DNA of 64,000 nucleotides, from NCBI GenBank assembly GCA_963701665.1, contig OY969622.1:1024001-1088000 (forward strand), written 5' to 3'. Positions 29,324 through 39,439 of this stretch are shown one piece after another. Every line of letters starts with the position of its first letter. The first letter of the stretch is position 1. Made by a program: the position numbers and the translations under genes. Under the pieces are notes generated by a model that had not been told where the DNA came from, ran no database searches, and worked only from the letters and a program-made list of their open reading frames with translations. The stretch is from Candidatus Babeliales bacterium (GTDB lineage: Bacteria; Babelota; Babeliae; Babelales; JANWKD01).

Positions 29324-29989
29324 TTAAGTACGGCACAGAACAACTGCAGTTATTGAGGCAGGTTTCAACGCTAATAATGTCTTTGCAGCAGCTTTCAGTG
29401 TTGAACCTGTCGTCATAAGATCATCCACCAGTAAAAGATGCTTCCCTTCAAACTGATGCCCATCATGATCACGTAATGTAAAGGCGTTGGTAACGTTTTC
29501 TTTACGTTCAGCGGTAGAAAGAACCGATTGAAAAACCGTATATTTTTTGCGTCGTAATAGTTCAATCATCGGTTTTTTGCTTTTCTTTGCTAGTTCTTTG
29601 GCCATCATCGTTGCTTGATTATAACCTCGATACGCAAAGCGACGCCAATGCAATGGGATAGGAATAATATAATCACACGGCACGTGTGAAACGTTCGTCA
29701 GTTCCCAAATCAATTGTCCCATATAATGACTTGCTAATGAATCGAACCTGCTTTTTGCCAAGATAAGTGATTTCAGTGGCTCTTCATACGCACTCGCTGC
29801 GTAGGCTGTCATTGCCACAGAAGGCGTTATGGCAATTTTAGCTGACACAATTGGCCTTATTAAGGTCCGGCATTGCGGGCACAAAATGGTAGGTTCATCG
29901 AGCCATTTCTTACAATGAACACAAAACGAGGGCGTAAAAAAATACCGCAATCCATGAAACGCGGTTTTGAAAAAATTGTTAAAGGGCAC
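29324..29989 (-). CDS. comF: ComF-family phosphoribosyltransferase
   Basis: CxxC..CxxC zinc finger, IPLHWRR..RGYNQA, LLVDDLMTTGSTL. Confidence 0.92.
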   Translation of the reverse strand: MPFNNFFKTAFHGLRYFFTPSFCVHCKKWLDEPTILCPQCRTLIRPIVSAKIAITPSVAMTAYAASAYEEPLKSLILAKSRFDSLASHYMGQLIWELTNVSHVPCDYIIPIPLHWRRFAYRGYNQATMMAKELAKKSKKPMIELLRRKKYTVFQSVLSTAERKENVTNAFTLRDHDGHQFEGKHLLLVDDLMTTGSTLKAAAKTLLALKPASITAVVLCRT

Positions 29990-30449
29990 TGTAAACCTTT
30001 ACCCCATACAGCATAAGATGCATGCAGATGTTACTCAAAAATCCTGCAACAAGGTCATCTGCCATAATGCCAAAAGCACCGGGTAACTTTTCTGCATACC
30101 CAATGATGCTGAACTTAAAAATATCGAAAATTCTAAAAAGCACAAAAGCCAGCGCCCATGCCCACCATAAAGCTGGCAGCGCAAAACAAGCGAGTGCACA
30201 GCCAAAAACCTCATCAATAACAATTTCAGAAGGATCCTTTTGGCTAAATTGCGCGCGACATAAATAAATAAACGCGCAACTTATGCAAGTGCCAATGCCG
30301 ATAACGAGTGCGTACCATGAAAGTGGCAGCGCGCGCGCCAATAAAAAAGCGAACGGCAGCGTTACTAATGAAGCGCACGTTCCTGAAGCTGGCAAATAGC
30401 CAATAGGGCCGAGTGTCAGGAGAGGTTTGAGCATTGCACATTTATTCAT
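29979..30449 (-). CDS. pgpA: Phosphatidylglycerophosphatase A
   Basis: GYLPASGT, KDPSEIVIDEVFG, LFRIFDIFK, GIMADDLVAG. Confidence 0.93.
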   Translation of the reverse strand: MNKCAMLKPLLTLGPIGYLPASGTCASLVTLPFAFLLARALPLSWYALVIGIGTCISCAFIYLCRAQFSQKDPSEIVIDEVFGCALACFALPALWWAWALAFVLFRIFDIFKFSIIGYAEKLPGAFGIMADDLVAGFLSNICMHLMLYGVKVYSAL

Positions 30450-30903
30450 GGCGTAATCCCTCGAGCATAATAAAAAAAATACCTACCACGATTGCAACAT
30501 CGGCAACATTAAACACAGGAAAAGTCCACCCGCGCCAAGACACGATAATAAAATCAATAACGCCGGCATGCACAAAACGATCAATCACATTGGAAATAGC
30601 TCCGCCCAAAACGGCACATTCTGCAACTATTGCATGCCCTTCGCCATAACGTTGATACGTGTGATATAAAAAACCGCCAATAAAACAGGTAATAACAAAT
30701 GTAATAAAAAAGAAAAATGCGGTATGTTCTGAATGGAACATGCCCCATGAGATACCGCGATTCATATGTACTTGTAATGAAAGAAATGAGGTCAGTGTAT
30801 ACTGTGCATCAGTACTATAAAAATAAAGTTTAGTCAGTTGATCGAGCGCAATAATACATGAGACAAGAGATAGATACCATAAAGCATAACGATCACGACT
30901 CAT
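30442..30903 (-). CDS. lspA: Lipoprotein signal peptidase II
   Basis: DQLTK, NRGISWG, GAISNVIDR, VIDFI, FPVFNVAD. Confidence 0.95.
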   Translation of the reverse strand: MSRDRYALWYLSLVSCIIALDQLTKLYFYSTDAQYTLTSFLSLQVHMNRGISWGMFHSEHTAFFFFITFVITCFIGGFLYHTYQRYGEGHAIVAECAVLGGAISNVIDRFVHAGVIDFIIVSWRGWTFPVFNVADVAIVVGIFFIMLEGLRHE

Positions 30904-33224
30904 CGAATAGTTGCCCCAAGTTTTTTCACCATATTTGTGACCATCTCAGACACAGCATCCACTTCTTCACTCACGAGCGTTTTTTCCTGACTTGCCAGCG
31001 AGAAACGCATCGTTACTGAACGAACATCATGCCATTCCTTTTTTTGGAAGTAATCAATAAGTTCAACGGAAGTAATAAGTGGTGATACATCCTTGATGCG
31101 ACGTTCTAAATCACTCACGGTAATAGTAAGCGGAATTAACATGCTAATATCACGCCACGAATCTTGATATTTGTGGAGTGGTTTGAACAAAGCAACTTTT
31201 GAGGACAGTTCAAGCAACATATCGCCATCAAGTTCTAACACAAATGCCGATCCTTCAACGGCTTTATGTAAAAATGCTGGATATGCCATGCCAGCATACC
31301 CTAGAAGCTTACCATCGATTTCAAGACGCGCGGTCTGATAAGGATGAAACCACGGCGCGTGTTTATCGGATTTTTGCCACGCGACATCTAAAGCGAGTGC
31401 ACTAAATAGTTGCGCGCACAATTCTTTTTTTTCAAAAAAATTAATCTCTTTCTTTGCATCAAAAAAAATTGCTGCAAAAGATGTTTTTTCTTGTAGTTTA
31501 TGATCCGATTCTCGATGCCAAATTTTGTTAATCTCAAAAAAGTTAAAGGCGTCCTTATGCGTCGCATTTGTGTGTACATTTTTAATAAGATTGGGCACCA
31601 AACTGGTAACCAGCCGGAACATCGTATGAGAAACGGGATTTTTGATAGCAACGGTATCGCCTGGATCCCAAGAAAGGAGTTTCAAAAATTCTTCATCATA
31701 CACAGCATAATTTCTCGTTTCATGCGCACGCCCTGCATATGCCATATATTCTTTGATAGCATTTATGCGCTCAAAACGCAGTAAATTAGCCGGATTACTT
31801 GGTAAACGAGGCAATTGATGCGCAATAGCATCATAGCCAAAAAAGCGGCCAATCTCTTCGACAATATCCTGTTTATTAAGAACATCTTTTGTGCTTCTGA
31901 AACTCGGCACTTGAAGAACGTACGCCGTTTGACCGTCGCGCGTTTCTTTTTTTACGCCAAATGATAAACGCGTGAGCGTTGATGCCACAAACTGTTCATC
32001 CAGAGAAACACCGAGCAGTCGCTCAAGAAACGCATGTGATACTGATATAGTGTGAGGCTTGAGTGTTTCACCAACAACTAATAGGGTATGAGGTTTTGTG
32101 TATGCAATGTCCGACTGTTGTAAAATTTTCAAAAAACGCTCTAATGCGCTCCCGGTGTTTTCTGGATCTAAACTTTTTTCAAAACGTGTTGAAGCTTCGG
32201 TTCTTATTTTGTAATGCAATGATGTTGAGCGGATTGTTTTTGCTACATACGTTGCAGCTTCAACGAAGATATGATTGGTAGCAGAAGTAACGGCAGTTTC
32301 TTGACCGCCCATAACACCAGCAAGTGCAATTGGTTTTTTGCCATCGGTGATAACAAGATCACCTTTTTGCAAGGTAATATCATGGCCATCGAGCAGCATG
32401 AGGTTCTGGCCGGCACTCGATTCTTTTACCACCAATTGATTGGTTGCAACTTTCTGTGCATCAAAGGCATGTAACGGTTGTCCCCAATCGAACATACTAT
32501 AGTTTGTGGCATCAACAAGAGCAGAGATTGGTTTACTATCAACACGAATTAAACGGTGCGCGATTGAAAGAGATGATGCATGATTCGCGCATTGCTCGAC
32601 AGAGAGCGCAGCAAAACGTTTGCACGATGGCGCACGATCTATAGCAAGTTTAAAACGGTCTTGGGTAATTTCTTTTTCAGCTATTTTAACAGGAATTTTA
32701 ATAATCAGTTCATCTTCAGGCACAAGATCACATTTTAAAAGAGCACCAAACTCTCGTGCTATGCCTCGATGCCCCCATAAATCGGGGCGGTGAGAAAAAT
32801 TGATATTATCGATGGTAAGAATATAATCTTCCCGCTCAAAATGTTTCTTCCAGCCGCCTGCACGCTCTTTTTCAGCTACAAATAAAGGTGGAAGTATACT
32901 TTCTTTGCTTCCGCCAATATCAGATTCGCGTGCCAGGTGCCATGCGCCATCACGCTGTTTGAGCATAATAAGATCATGAAGCTTAAACTGCTCATGTGAG
33001 GCAAGAGAAAATTCTTTTTTGAGCTCATCACTCGATGCTTTAAGAGTATCCGCAGAAATAGAGGTAATGCGCGCTAAGGTAAAATGGTCTGGGTTAAGGG
33101 TAAGATGCGCAAACGAATCTATTTCTGCGGTAGTAACACTAAAGCGATGGAGCAACGCAGGAATATCATGCTTTTTCCATGATGTCGTGAGATGATCAAA
33201 AATCCATGCAAGCGAGAGTTTCAT
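30900..33224 (-). CDS. pheT: Phenylalanine-tRNA ligase beta subunit
   Basis: MKLSLAWI, HRPDLWGHRGIARE, DWGQPLHAFD, RTEASTRFEK, DIVEEIGRFFGY, RDISML anticodon-binding domain. Confidence 0.95.
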   Translation of the reverse strand: MKLSLAWIFDHLTTSWKKHDIPALLHRFSVTTAEIDSFAHLTLNPDHFTLARITSISADTLKASSDELKKEFSLASHEQFKLHDLIMLKQRDGAWHLARESDIGGSKESILPPLFVAEKERAGGWKKHFEREDYILTIDNINFSHRPDLWGHRGIAREFGALLKCDLVPEDELIIKIPVKIAEKEITQDRFKLAIDRAPSCKRFAALSVEQCANHASSLSIAHRLIRVDSKPISALVDATNYSMFDWGQPLHAFDAQKVATNQLVVKESSAGQNLMLLDGHDITLQKGDLVITDGKKPIALAGVMGGQETAVTSATNHIFVEAATYVAKTIRSTSLHYKIRTEASTRFEKSLDPENTGSALERFLKILQQSDIAYTKPHTLLVVGETLKPHTISVSHAFLERLLGVSLDEQFVASTLTRLSFGVKKETRDGQTAYVLQVPSFRSTKDVLNKQDIVEEIGRFFGYDAIAHQLPRLPSNPANLLRFERINAIKEYMAYAGRAHETRNYAVYDEEFLKLLSWDPGDTVAIKNPVSHTMFRLVTSLVPNLIKNVHTNATHKDAFNFFEINKIWHRESDHKLQEKTSFAAIFFDAKKEINFFEKKELCAQLFSALALDVAWQKSDKHAPWFHPYQTARLEIDGKLLGYAGMAYPAFLHKAVEGSAFVLELDGDMLLELSSKVALFKPLHKYQDSWRDISMLIPLTITVSDLERRIKDVSPLITSVELIDYFQKKEWHDVRSVTMRFSLASQEKTLVSEEVDAVSEMVTNMVKKLGATIR

Positions 33225-33372
33225 CGTTGCGCTAACCTTTCCCATAAAAATATTCAGCACTCGTATGTGATATAATACGAGAAAAAGTAAAAAGCTTCAA
33301 ATTACTCCATGTATATTTTTATTCTCGATATATTAAATTTTACTGAGCAAATTTAATATTGAAAACAAAATT

Positions 33373-33478
33373 GTCATTGCGAGCGAATGCGTGGCAATCC
33401 AATTATAAAATTAGTTCCTTTGAAGAATTAAGGATTTAATTAAAGTTTGGATCCCCACGGCTAAAGCCTCGGGATGAC
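33373..33478. repeat. Palindromic repeat, copy 3 (opposite orientation)
   Basis: GTCATTGCGAGCGAATGCGTGGCAATCC...GGATCCCCACGGCTAAAGCCTCGGGATGAC. Confidence 0.85.
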
Positions 33479-33589
33479 ATCCTTGCTGATCCTATCGAAT
33501 TTTCGTTCAGTATTCTCTTGTGCTTAGAAATTGAATATGGGTATGGTAACGCTGAAATTTATCCTTACCATCTTCAAAGGAGTTTTGGG

Positions 33590-34015
33590 ATGAAGAATCT
33601 TTTTTTAATACATGCGTTCGTTGGTATAGTTCTTATATACACCTTTGAAAACAAAGCCATGCAATCACCACAAAAAAAAGAAGCCGAAAAACTAGTAGCC
33701 CTCTGTTTAGCAACGATAGAAAAACATAAACAGCAGTTGAAATCCAAAGTAACGGAGCAACAAGCTGATCTTTTTGGTAAATTTTTATTGGGTCACTTCA
33801 ATAGCAAGGCAATTTCAGGCTACGGGTATATGTTACATGCAGAATTATGCCCTAATAACATTGTACTTAATCAAGATATTGTTAAAGACGCTAATAATGC
33901 ATTAAAAAAAACGGTACGAGAAAAAAAGCACTTTTTTGAGCAGCTTCCCGAATTATGCAATAAATCACTGTTAGATTTTTCTCAGCAAAGACTGCGTCTT
34001 TCTTTAACCGCCTGA
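33590..34015 (+). CDS. Small secreted-type hypothetical protein
   Basis: AGGAG SD, signal peptide NKA|MQS, KLVALCLATI motif. Confidence 0.6.
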   Translation: MKNLFLIHAFVGIVLIYTFENKAMQSPQKKEAEKLVALCLATIEKHKQQLKSKVTEQQADLFGKFLLGHFNSKAISGYGYMLHAELCPNNIVLNQDIVKDANNALKKTVREKKHFFEQLPELCNKSLLDFSQQRLRLSLTA

Positions 34016-34438
34016 AAATCGGTTATCCCTCATAAAAGCTTGTTGCACACTCTTAAGCATAGTAACCTGTTGGGCACTATCTTCAGTATATTTTTGTTGT
34101 AATGCTTCATGAGCACGTCGTAGTAATTCATTTTCCTGCTTTTGTTCATTAATTTGTGCTTGTTGTTGAGTATTTTGCACTCTTAAATCAGTGATCTCCT
34201 GTTTCTGTTCATCAATCTGCACTTGTTGTTTATCACGTCCTTCTTTGAATAATTTCATCGCAAGAAAAACAGCGTTAGCCGCTTTCAAAATGTTACCCTC
34301 ACGCATATCATTTTCTAATTCTTGCCATACTGAACCGAGAGGGTCCACTATGTTTTCCCGAGAGGTAGTCGATGATTCATCAGCATATGCCAAGCGACAC
34401 ATAAGAAGACAAACAATAAGAGAGCAACGGTTTTTCAT
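34004..34438 (-). CDS. Secreted coiled-coil hypothetical protein
   Basis: Signal peptide AYA|DES; internal repeat QIDEQKQE / QINEQKQE. Confidence 0.6.
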   Translation of the reverse strand: MKNRCSLIVCLLMCRLAYADESSTTSRENIVDPLGSVWQELENDMREGNILKAANAVFLAMKLFKEGRDKQQVQIDEQKQEITDLRVQNTQQQAQINEQKQENELLRRAHEALQQKYTEDSAQQVTMLKSVQQAFMRDNRFSGG

Positions 34439-34573
34439 AGATATATACCTTTGAAAAAAGAGGGTTAATTTCATACGGATCCAAGTATATAAAAAAGCAT
34501 ATAATTGGAAAGGATTTTAAAAAAATGATATACTGTTGCCACGTTTTTTTGTTGTTAATGCTTGGGTATATTC

Positions 34574-35506
34574 ATGGGAAAAATTCTTCTTTTTTATAAA
34601 TACGTTGATATCGTTTACCCTGAACAAATTCGAAAATGGCAACATCGTGTATGCTCTGCATTAGGACTCAAAGGCCGCGTTATCATTGCTCATGAAGGCA
34701 TTAATGGTACCGTTGGCGGTAATCCCGATGCACTCGAACTCTATAAAAAAGAAATGTTCACGCACTCGTTATTTACCGACATTGATTTTAAAGAAAGCGA
34801 GGGCGGCAAAGACTTTTTTCCTCGCATGCGCATTGTCGTAAAACAAGAAATTACTCATTTAGGGCTTGATCCACAAAAAATTCGAGCGGCTGATGGCGGC
34901 CAGCATTTAACGCCAGAGGAAACTCATCGCCTCCTTTCAAACCCTCCTGAGAACTTAGTCATTCTTGATGCGCGTAATGAATATGAATCACGCATCGGTG
35001 CATTCACTAATGCAATAAAACCACCTATCCAATATTTTCGCGAATTTCCCGCTTATGTTGATGAACACCTTAATGATTTTAAAGATAAAGAAGTGCTCAT
35101 GTATTGCACTGGTGGCATTCGCTGTGAACGCGCGTCTAGCTATTTAAAATCAAAAAATGCCGCTAAAAAAGTGTATCAGATACAAGGCGGCATTCATCGC
35201 TATGCAGAACAATTTCCCGATGGCTTTTTTCGCGGCAAAAATTATGTATTTGATGGCAGAATCGCGGTCAAAGTTAACGAAGATATTTTATCAACCTGCG
35301 AATTGTGCGCCATTTCTTATGACGAATTCACTAATTGCATAAATGCATCATGCAATAAACAGTTCATTGTATGCCCATCATGCATCATAAAAACCAGTGA
35401 GACGTGCAGCGCCATCTGCCAAAAGCTCGTTACTGAAAAAAAAGTTACCATTCGCACAAAATCTCGAAAAGTGACGAGTGTTCACGAAACGGCTTGTAAT
35501 GTATGA
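34574..35506 (+). CDS. trhO: Rhodanese-domain tRNA uridine(34) hydroxylase (UPF0176/YceA)
   Basis: LLFYKY, GRVIIAHEGINGT, DARNEYE..IG.F, MYCTGGIRCE, GKNYVFDGR. Confidence 0.92.
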   Translation: MGKILLFYKYVDIVYPEQIRKWQHRVCSALGLKGRVIIAHEGINGTVGGNPDALELYKKEMFTHSLFTDIDFKESEGGKDFFPRMRIVVKQEITHLGLDPQKIRAADGGQHLTPEETHRLLSNPPENLVILDARNEYESRIGAFTNAIKPPIQYFREFPAYVDEHLNDFKDKEVLMYCTGGIRCERASSYLKSKNAAKKVYQIQGGIHRYAEQFPDGFFRGKNYVFDGRIAVKVNEDILSTCELCAISYDEFTNCINASCNKQFIVCPSCIIKTSETCSAICQKLVTEKKVTIRTKSRKVTSVHETACNV

Positions 35507-36486
35507 AAATTTCAGCACTCGATCATACACCGCGCACGTTGCAGCCTTATATACAAGAACATGTTCCGCTCAACGATAAAAATTGGTTTCAAACGGGCGG
35601 TAATGCACGATACTTTGCAACGCCACAGACTCCTTTAGAATTCCAACAAACAATCACCTTTGCACACGAGCATCAGCTTCCATTATGTTTGCTTGGCCAA
35701 GGCGCTAATATACTTATCAGCGATGAAGGGTTTGATGGCATCATCGTGAAACCAGCTTTAAATGGCATCACACACATACCATGCGATACAACATCAGTGC
35801 TCGTTACAGCACAAACCAATGTAACTATGGATGCGCTTATTAATTATTGTTTAGATAATCAGATTTTGGGACTTGAAGAATTTAGTGGCATTCCCGGCAC
35901 TATCGGCGGATCGGTGTACATTAATTTACATTATTTCCAATTTTTGCTGAGCCAATTCCTTACTAGCGCTGTTGTTTTAGAAAAACAACATGGCACACTG
36001 CTCTCGGTTGATAATGCCTGGTTCAATTTTGGCTACAATTATTCAACGCTCCACAATGAAAATCACTATTTAATGGAAGCAACCTTTCTTTTGAAACGCG
36101 GTTCTGAACATGAAATTTCTTATGCCCGCGGCAGACGTGCTGAAATCATACGACACCGCGCAAGTCGCTATCCGAACAAAAATACGTGCGGCAGCTTCTT
36201 TAGAAATTTTTATGATAACGAAGTTGAGCTCGTTCAGCATGGCAAAAAAATTATTTTTGTTGCGTACTATTTAGATTCACTCGGCATAAAAGGAAAATTG
36301 CGCGTTGGTGATGCGATTATTTCTTATCAACATGCCAATATGATTGTTAATCTCGGCAATGCAACAAGCAGCGATATTATTGCGCTTGCAAGAAAGATGC
36401 AAACACTCGTTTTAGATGCCTACGGCATTCTCCCGCAACCGGAGTGTCGTCTTATTGGCTTTAAAGAATATCCATTATTACAATAA
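35503..36486 (+). CDS. murB: UDP-N-acetylenolpyruvoylglucosamine reductase
   Basis: TGGNA, LGQGANILISD, GLEEFSGIPGTIGG, CGSFFRN, HANMIVNLGNAT, PE. Confidence 0.95.
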   Translation: MKISALDHTPRTLQPYIQEHVPLNDKNWFQTGGNARYFATPQTPLEFQQTITFAHEHQLPLCLLGQGANILISDEGFDGIIVKPALNGITHIPCDTTSVLVTAQTNVTMDALINYCLDNQILGLEEFSGIPGTIGGSVYINLHYFQFLLSQFLTSAVVLEKQHGTLLSVDNAWFNFGYNYSTLHNENHYLMEATFLLKRGSEHEISYARGRRAEIIRHRASRYPNKNTCGSFFRNFYDNEVELVQHGKKIIFVAYYLDSLGIKGKLRVGDAIISYQHANMIVNLGNATSSDIIALARKMQTLVLDAYGILPQPECRLIGFKEYPLLQ

Positions 36487-36511
36487 CATTTTTTTAAAAG
36501 AGAGGAATTCT

Positions 36512-37213
36512 ATGTACATTATATTTTTTTCATTCTTCTTATTGTTTTTTCAGCAAAACCTAGCTATGGAAGAAAAGAATCCCTGCACCAAAGCTGATAA
36601 CGTAGATCAAGTTGCGCAAGAAATAGATACCCTATCTCTACGTTCAGAAAAGCCCACAAAAACAAAAAAAGTTTCTCTTCAAGAGTGGTGGTTTCTTCAA
36701 GAAAATAAATCACCGTTCACGGTGCTCAATATAGATCCTTATACATCAAAAGAAGAAATATGTAATGCGCTATCAAGAATCCCCGATAATGAAACGGACA
36801 GAGATAAAGTATGCGCACAACTTGCTTTGACACGACATGCTTTGTTGGAAACTAGGGCTGATATAGAAATCGAAAAGTTCCGCAGTCAACTTCGTACTAA
36901 TAAACAAGACGAATCGACAATAAAGGTCATACAAGATGCCTGCAAATTCATAGAGTTATACCGTGTTACCCCTTCATTTTGTATTGCTTTTTTTCAAGAG
37001 GCAAACGACATAATACTTAAAAAATTTCCTCTCAGTACAGTGCCAGAAAAAAAAGATCTAATGGAGATAGCACTTAGGCAAAGAGTTCTTTTGGATAAAT
37101 TTGAAGAGCATAATATATCTTCAGACGATCCAAGTTACACCATGGCTGCGTGGAAAAAAGATTTAGCCGCGGTATTTAAGCACCTGCTGAAAGCACAAAG
37201 CAAAGATTCATAA
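36512..37213 (+). CDS. Secreted-type hypothetical protein with a degenerate J-domain-like segment
   Basis: Signal peptide NLA|MEE; SPFTVLNIDPYTSKEEI resembles a J-domain helix I but lacks HPD. Confidence 0.6.
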   Translation: MYIIFFSFFLLFFQQNLAMEEKNPCTKADNVDQVAQEIDTLSLRSEKPTKTKKVSLQEWWFLQENKSPFTVLNIDPYTSKEEICNALSRIPDNETDRDKVCAQLALTRHALLETRADIEIEKFRSQLRTNKQDESTIKVIQDACKFIELYRVTPSFCIAFFQEANDIILKKFPLSTVPEKKDLMEIALRQRVLLDKFEEHNISSDDPSYTMAAWKKDLAAVFKHLLKAQSKDS

Positions 37214-37301
37214 TTAACAGGCTCCAAAATCCATTGATTACTTTGCCCATTAGGTAGTATTGTTCTCATAAATAACTCACTATTCTTGATTGAGGATTTT
37301 T

Positions 37302-38690
37302 ATGAACAATACATTAAAGATTCTATTGTTGCTTTTGTTTCTCATTTTTCGACCCTTTCCATCGGTAGGGATGGAAGAAGCAAAACCCAATTATTATGAA
37401 ATTTTAGGAGTCGAAAAAACAGCATCGTCTGCTGAAATCAAAAAAGCTTATTATAAATTGGCGCAAAAATGGCATCCTGATAAATGGACAACAGGGACAC
37501 CGGAAGAATATAATCGCGCACAAGAAAAATTTAAAGAAATCTCGGTAGCTTACGGCGTACTTGGTGATGAACAAAAAAGGGCAGCGTATGATAGTGGAGT
37601 TTCAGGCATTGATCTAAGTAATGTTATACCGGTAGAACAATTGATTGCAATGCTAAATAAAATAGATTTTTGGATTAAATTATACTCGGGAGAAAGTGCT
37701 TACGAAACGTTGCGGGTGGAAAAAAATGCAACTCAAGAAGAAATTGAATCAAGCTATCAAGCTATAAAAAAATCAACTACGGATAAAAACAACCTGAAAA
37801 AATTGGACTTAGCCAAAGAAATCCTAACCCCTCCAAGTAGATCATTATATAATTTAAAATTAGATTGGCTGCAGCATAAACAATTAAAAATTAATATTCA
37901 CCATTGGGTAAAATTATATCCTGAAGAAAATCCTTATACTATTTTACATGTTCAAGAACATGATTCGCCTGAAAAAGCAGAAGAAGAATATCAATTACTA
38001 TTAAAAAAAATAAATAGCGATGCCTCAATCTCTCAAAAAGATCGCAAACAACTTGTTGAAAAACTCAACTTAGCAAAGCAAATAGTTATTAACGATAAAG
38101 ATAAAATCTATGCTAAAGTTGCACTCACTATAAAACAAGGAAAATATCTCGAACACATAAACAAATTAATCAAAACAATAAAAGATCAAAAAGATCTTAG
38201 TAAAAAATTTGAATACATACAGAACTTATTAAAAGCCACCAAAAGATTCAACTTTAACGACGTTATCGATTTTTCTATTTTGCAAGAGAGAGTTACCCCC
38301 GAAACCATGGTTGTTGTTAGAAGGGTTCTAGCTAAGATGGATATTCTAGAAATGCTTCTTGACACTCTAGAAAGTCACATAAAAAATACCTCACCACAAG
38401 AAATCCCAATTTTAATAAAAATTAGTAAAAAAGGTCTAAAAAACTTTAAAAGATGGCAAGGTGAAGATCTTATTAAAAACTCGTATACTTTAAAAGATAA
38501 ATTAGAAAAAAAGAAAATGAGTTATCCAGATCTTCTTATGAAGTATCAAAGAGAATTAGAAAAAAGTAAACAAATGCATCCTCAAGCTCCAATAAAGCAC
38601 CCAACCCAAAAAACTTCTCAAATCCTACAAAATAATTTACATGAATTATACGGGACGTTGAGAACCTTAGAGAATATTTTGCTTGCATGA
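37302..38690 (+). CDS. Signal-peptide-bearing DnaJ-domain protein
   Basis: SVG|MEE, then [40 protein letters not shown]. Two further degenerate J-like repeats ([17 protein letters not shown]). Confidence 0.88.
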   Translation: MNNTLKILLLLLFLIFRPFPSVGMEEAKPNYYEILGVEKTASSAEIKKAYYKLAQKWHPDKWTTGTPEEYNRAQEKFKEISVAYGVLGDEQKRAAYDSGVSGIDLSNVIPVEQLIAMLNKIDFWIKLYSGESAYETLRVEKNATQEEIESSYQAIKKSTTDKNNLKKLDLAKEILTPPSRSLYNLKLDWLQHKQLKINIHHWVKLYPEENPYTILHVQEHDSPEKAEEEYQLLLKKINSDASISQKDRKQLVEKLNLAKQIVINDKDKIYAKVALTIKQGKYLEHINKLIKTIKDQKDLSKKFEYIQNLLKATKRFNFNDVIDFSILQERVTPETMVVVRRVLAKMDILEMLLDTLESHIKNTSPQEIPILIKISKKGLKNFKRWQGEDLIKNSYTLKDKLEKKKMSYPDLLMKYQRELEKSKQMHPQAPIKHPTQKTSQILQNNLHELYGTLRTLENILLA

Positions 38691-38764
38691 AAGCTAGCGC
38701 TTTTAAAAGCTATGTTTATACTGTAATAAGAAACATTTTTTTATTATTTTAGTTTTTTATTACC

Positions 38765-39439
38765 GTGAATGAATTCATTTTTTTACTACAAACAGTATTT
38801 ATCACTATGTGTGCCCTCGGCGCTACAGCCTGGGGCAGAGAAGCACTCGCCTGTTTTGTATGCCTGATGAGCATCTTTGCCAACATATTTATTGCCAAGC
38901 AAATCCCTTTATTTGGCTTGCACGTCACCGCAACGGATAGTTTAAGCATCGGCGTGAGCTTGGGTTTGAACTTACTGCAGGAATACTTTGGTAGAGCTTT
39001 GGCAAGAAAAGTGATTCTTCTGAGCTTTGTCGCAGGTATACTCGTTACCCTACTTTCCCAATTGCATCTATTGTATGTCCCAAGTCTTTTTGATGTCACC
39101 CAGCATCATTACCTGGCAATCTTTGGCATGATGCCACGCATCATGCTTGCCTCATTTACCACGTATCTTATAGTTCAGTACACGGAAACTCTTGTATATG
39201 CCTGGCTACAAAAACGATTACCTGCTGCATTGCTTATGCGCAATTTTTTTTCCATTGCCTGTTGTCAATTGCTTGATACGGTTCTTTTCAGTTTCTTGGG
39301 CCTTTATGGCACCGTTGAGCATATTTGGGATATTGTTTTAGTAAGTTACACCATAAAAATGATAGTTTTATCATTATCTACACCCTTTTTGTGGTTTTGC
39401 AAAAAACATATCTTGGCAGCGCAGGTTCAACAGCTATGA
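38765..39439 (+). CDS. yhhQ: Queuosine precursor transporter (VUT/YhhQ family)
   Basis: Multi-TM protein; ANIFIAKQI, LLQEYFG, PRIMLAS..YLIVQ, RN..S...QLLDTVLF; overlaps tgt. Confidence 0.88.
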   Translation: MNEFIFLLQTVFITMCALGATAWGREALACFVCLMSIFANIFIAKQIPLFGLHVTATDSLSIGVSLGLNLLQEYFGRALARKVILLSFVAGILVTLLSQLHLLYVPSLFDVTQHHYLAIFGMMPRIMLASFTTYLIVQYTETLVYAWLQKRLPAALLMRNFFSIACCQLLDTVLFSFLGLYGTVEHIWDIVLVSYTIKMIVLSLSTPFLWFCKKHILAAQVQQL

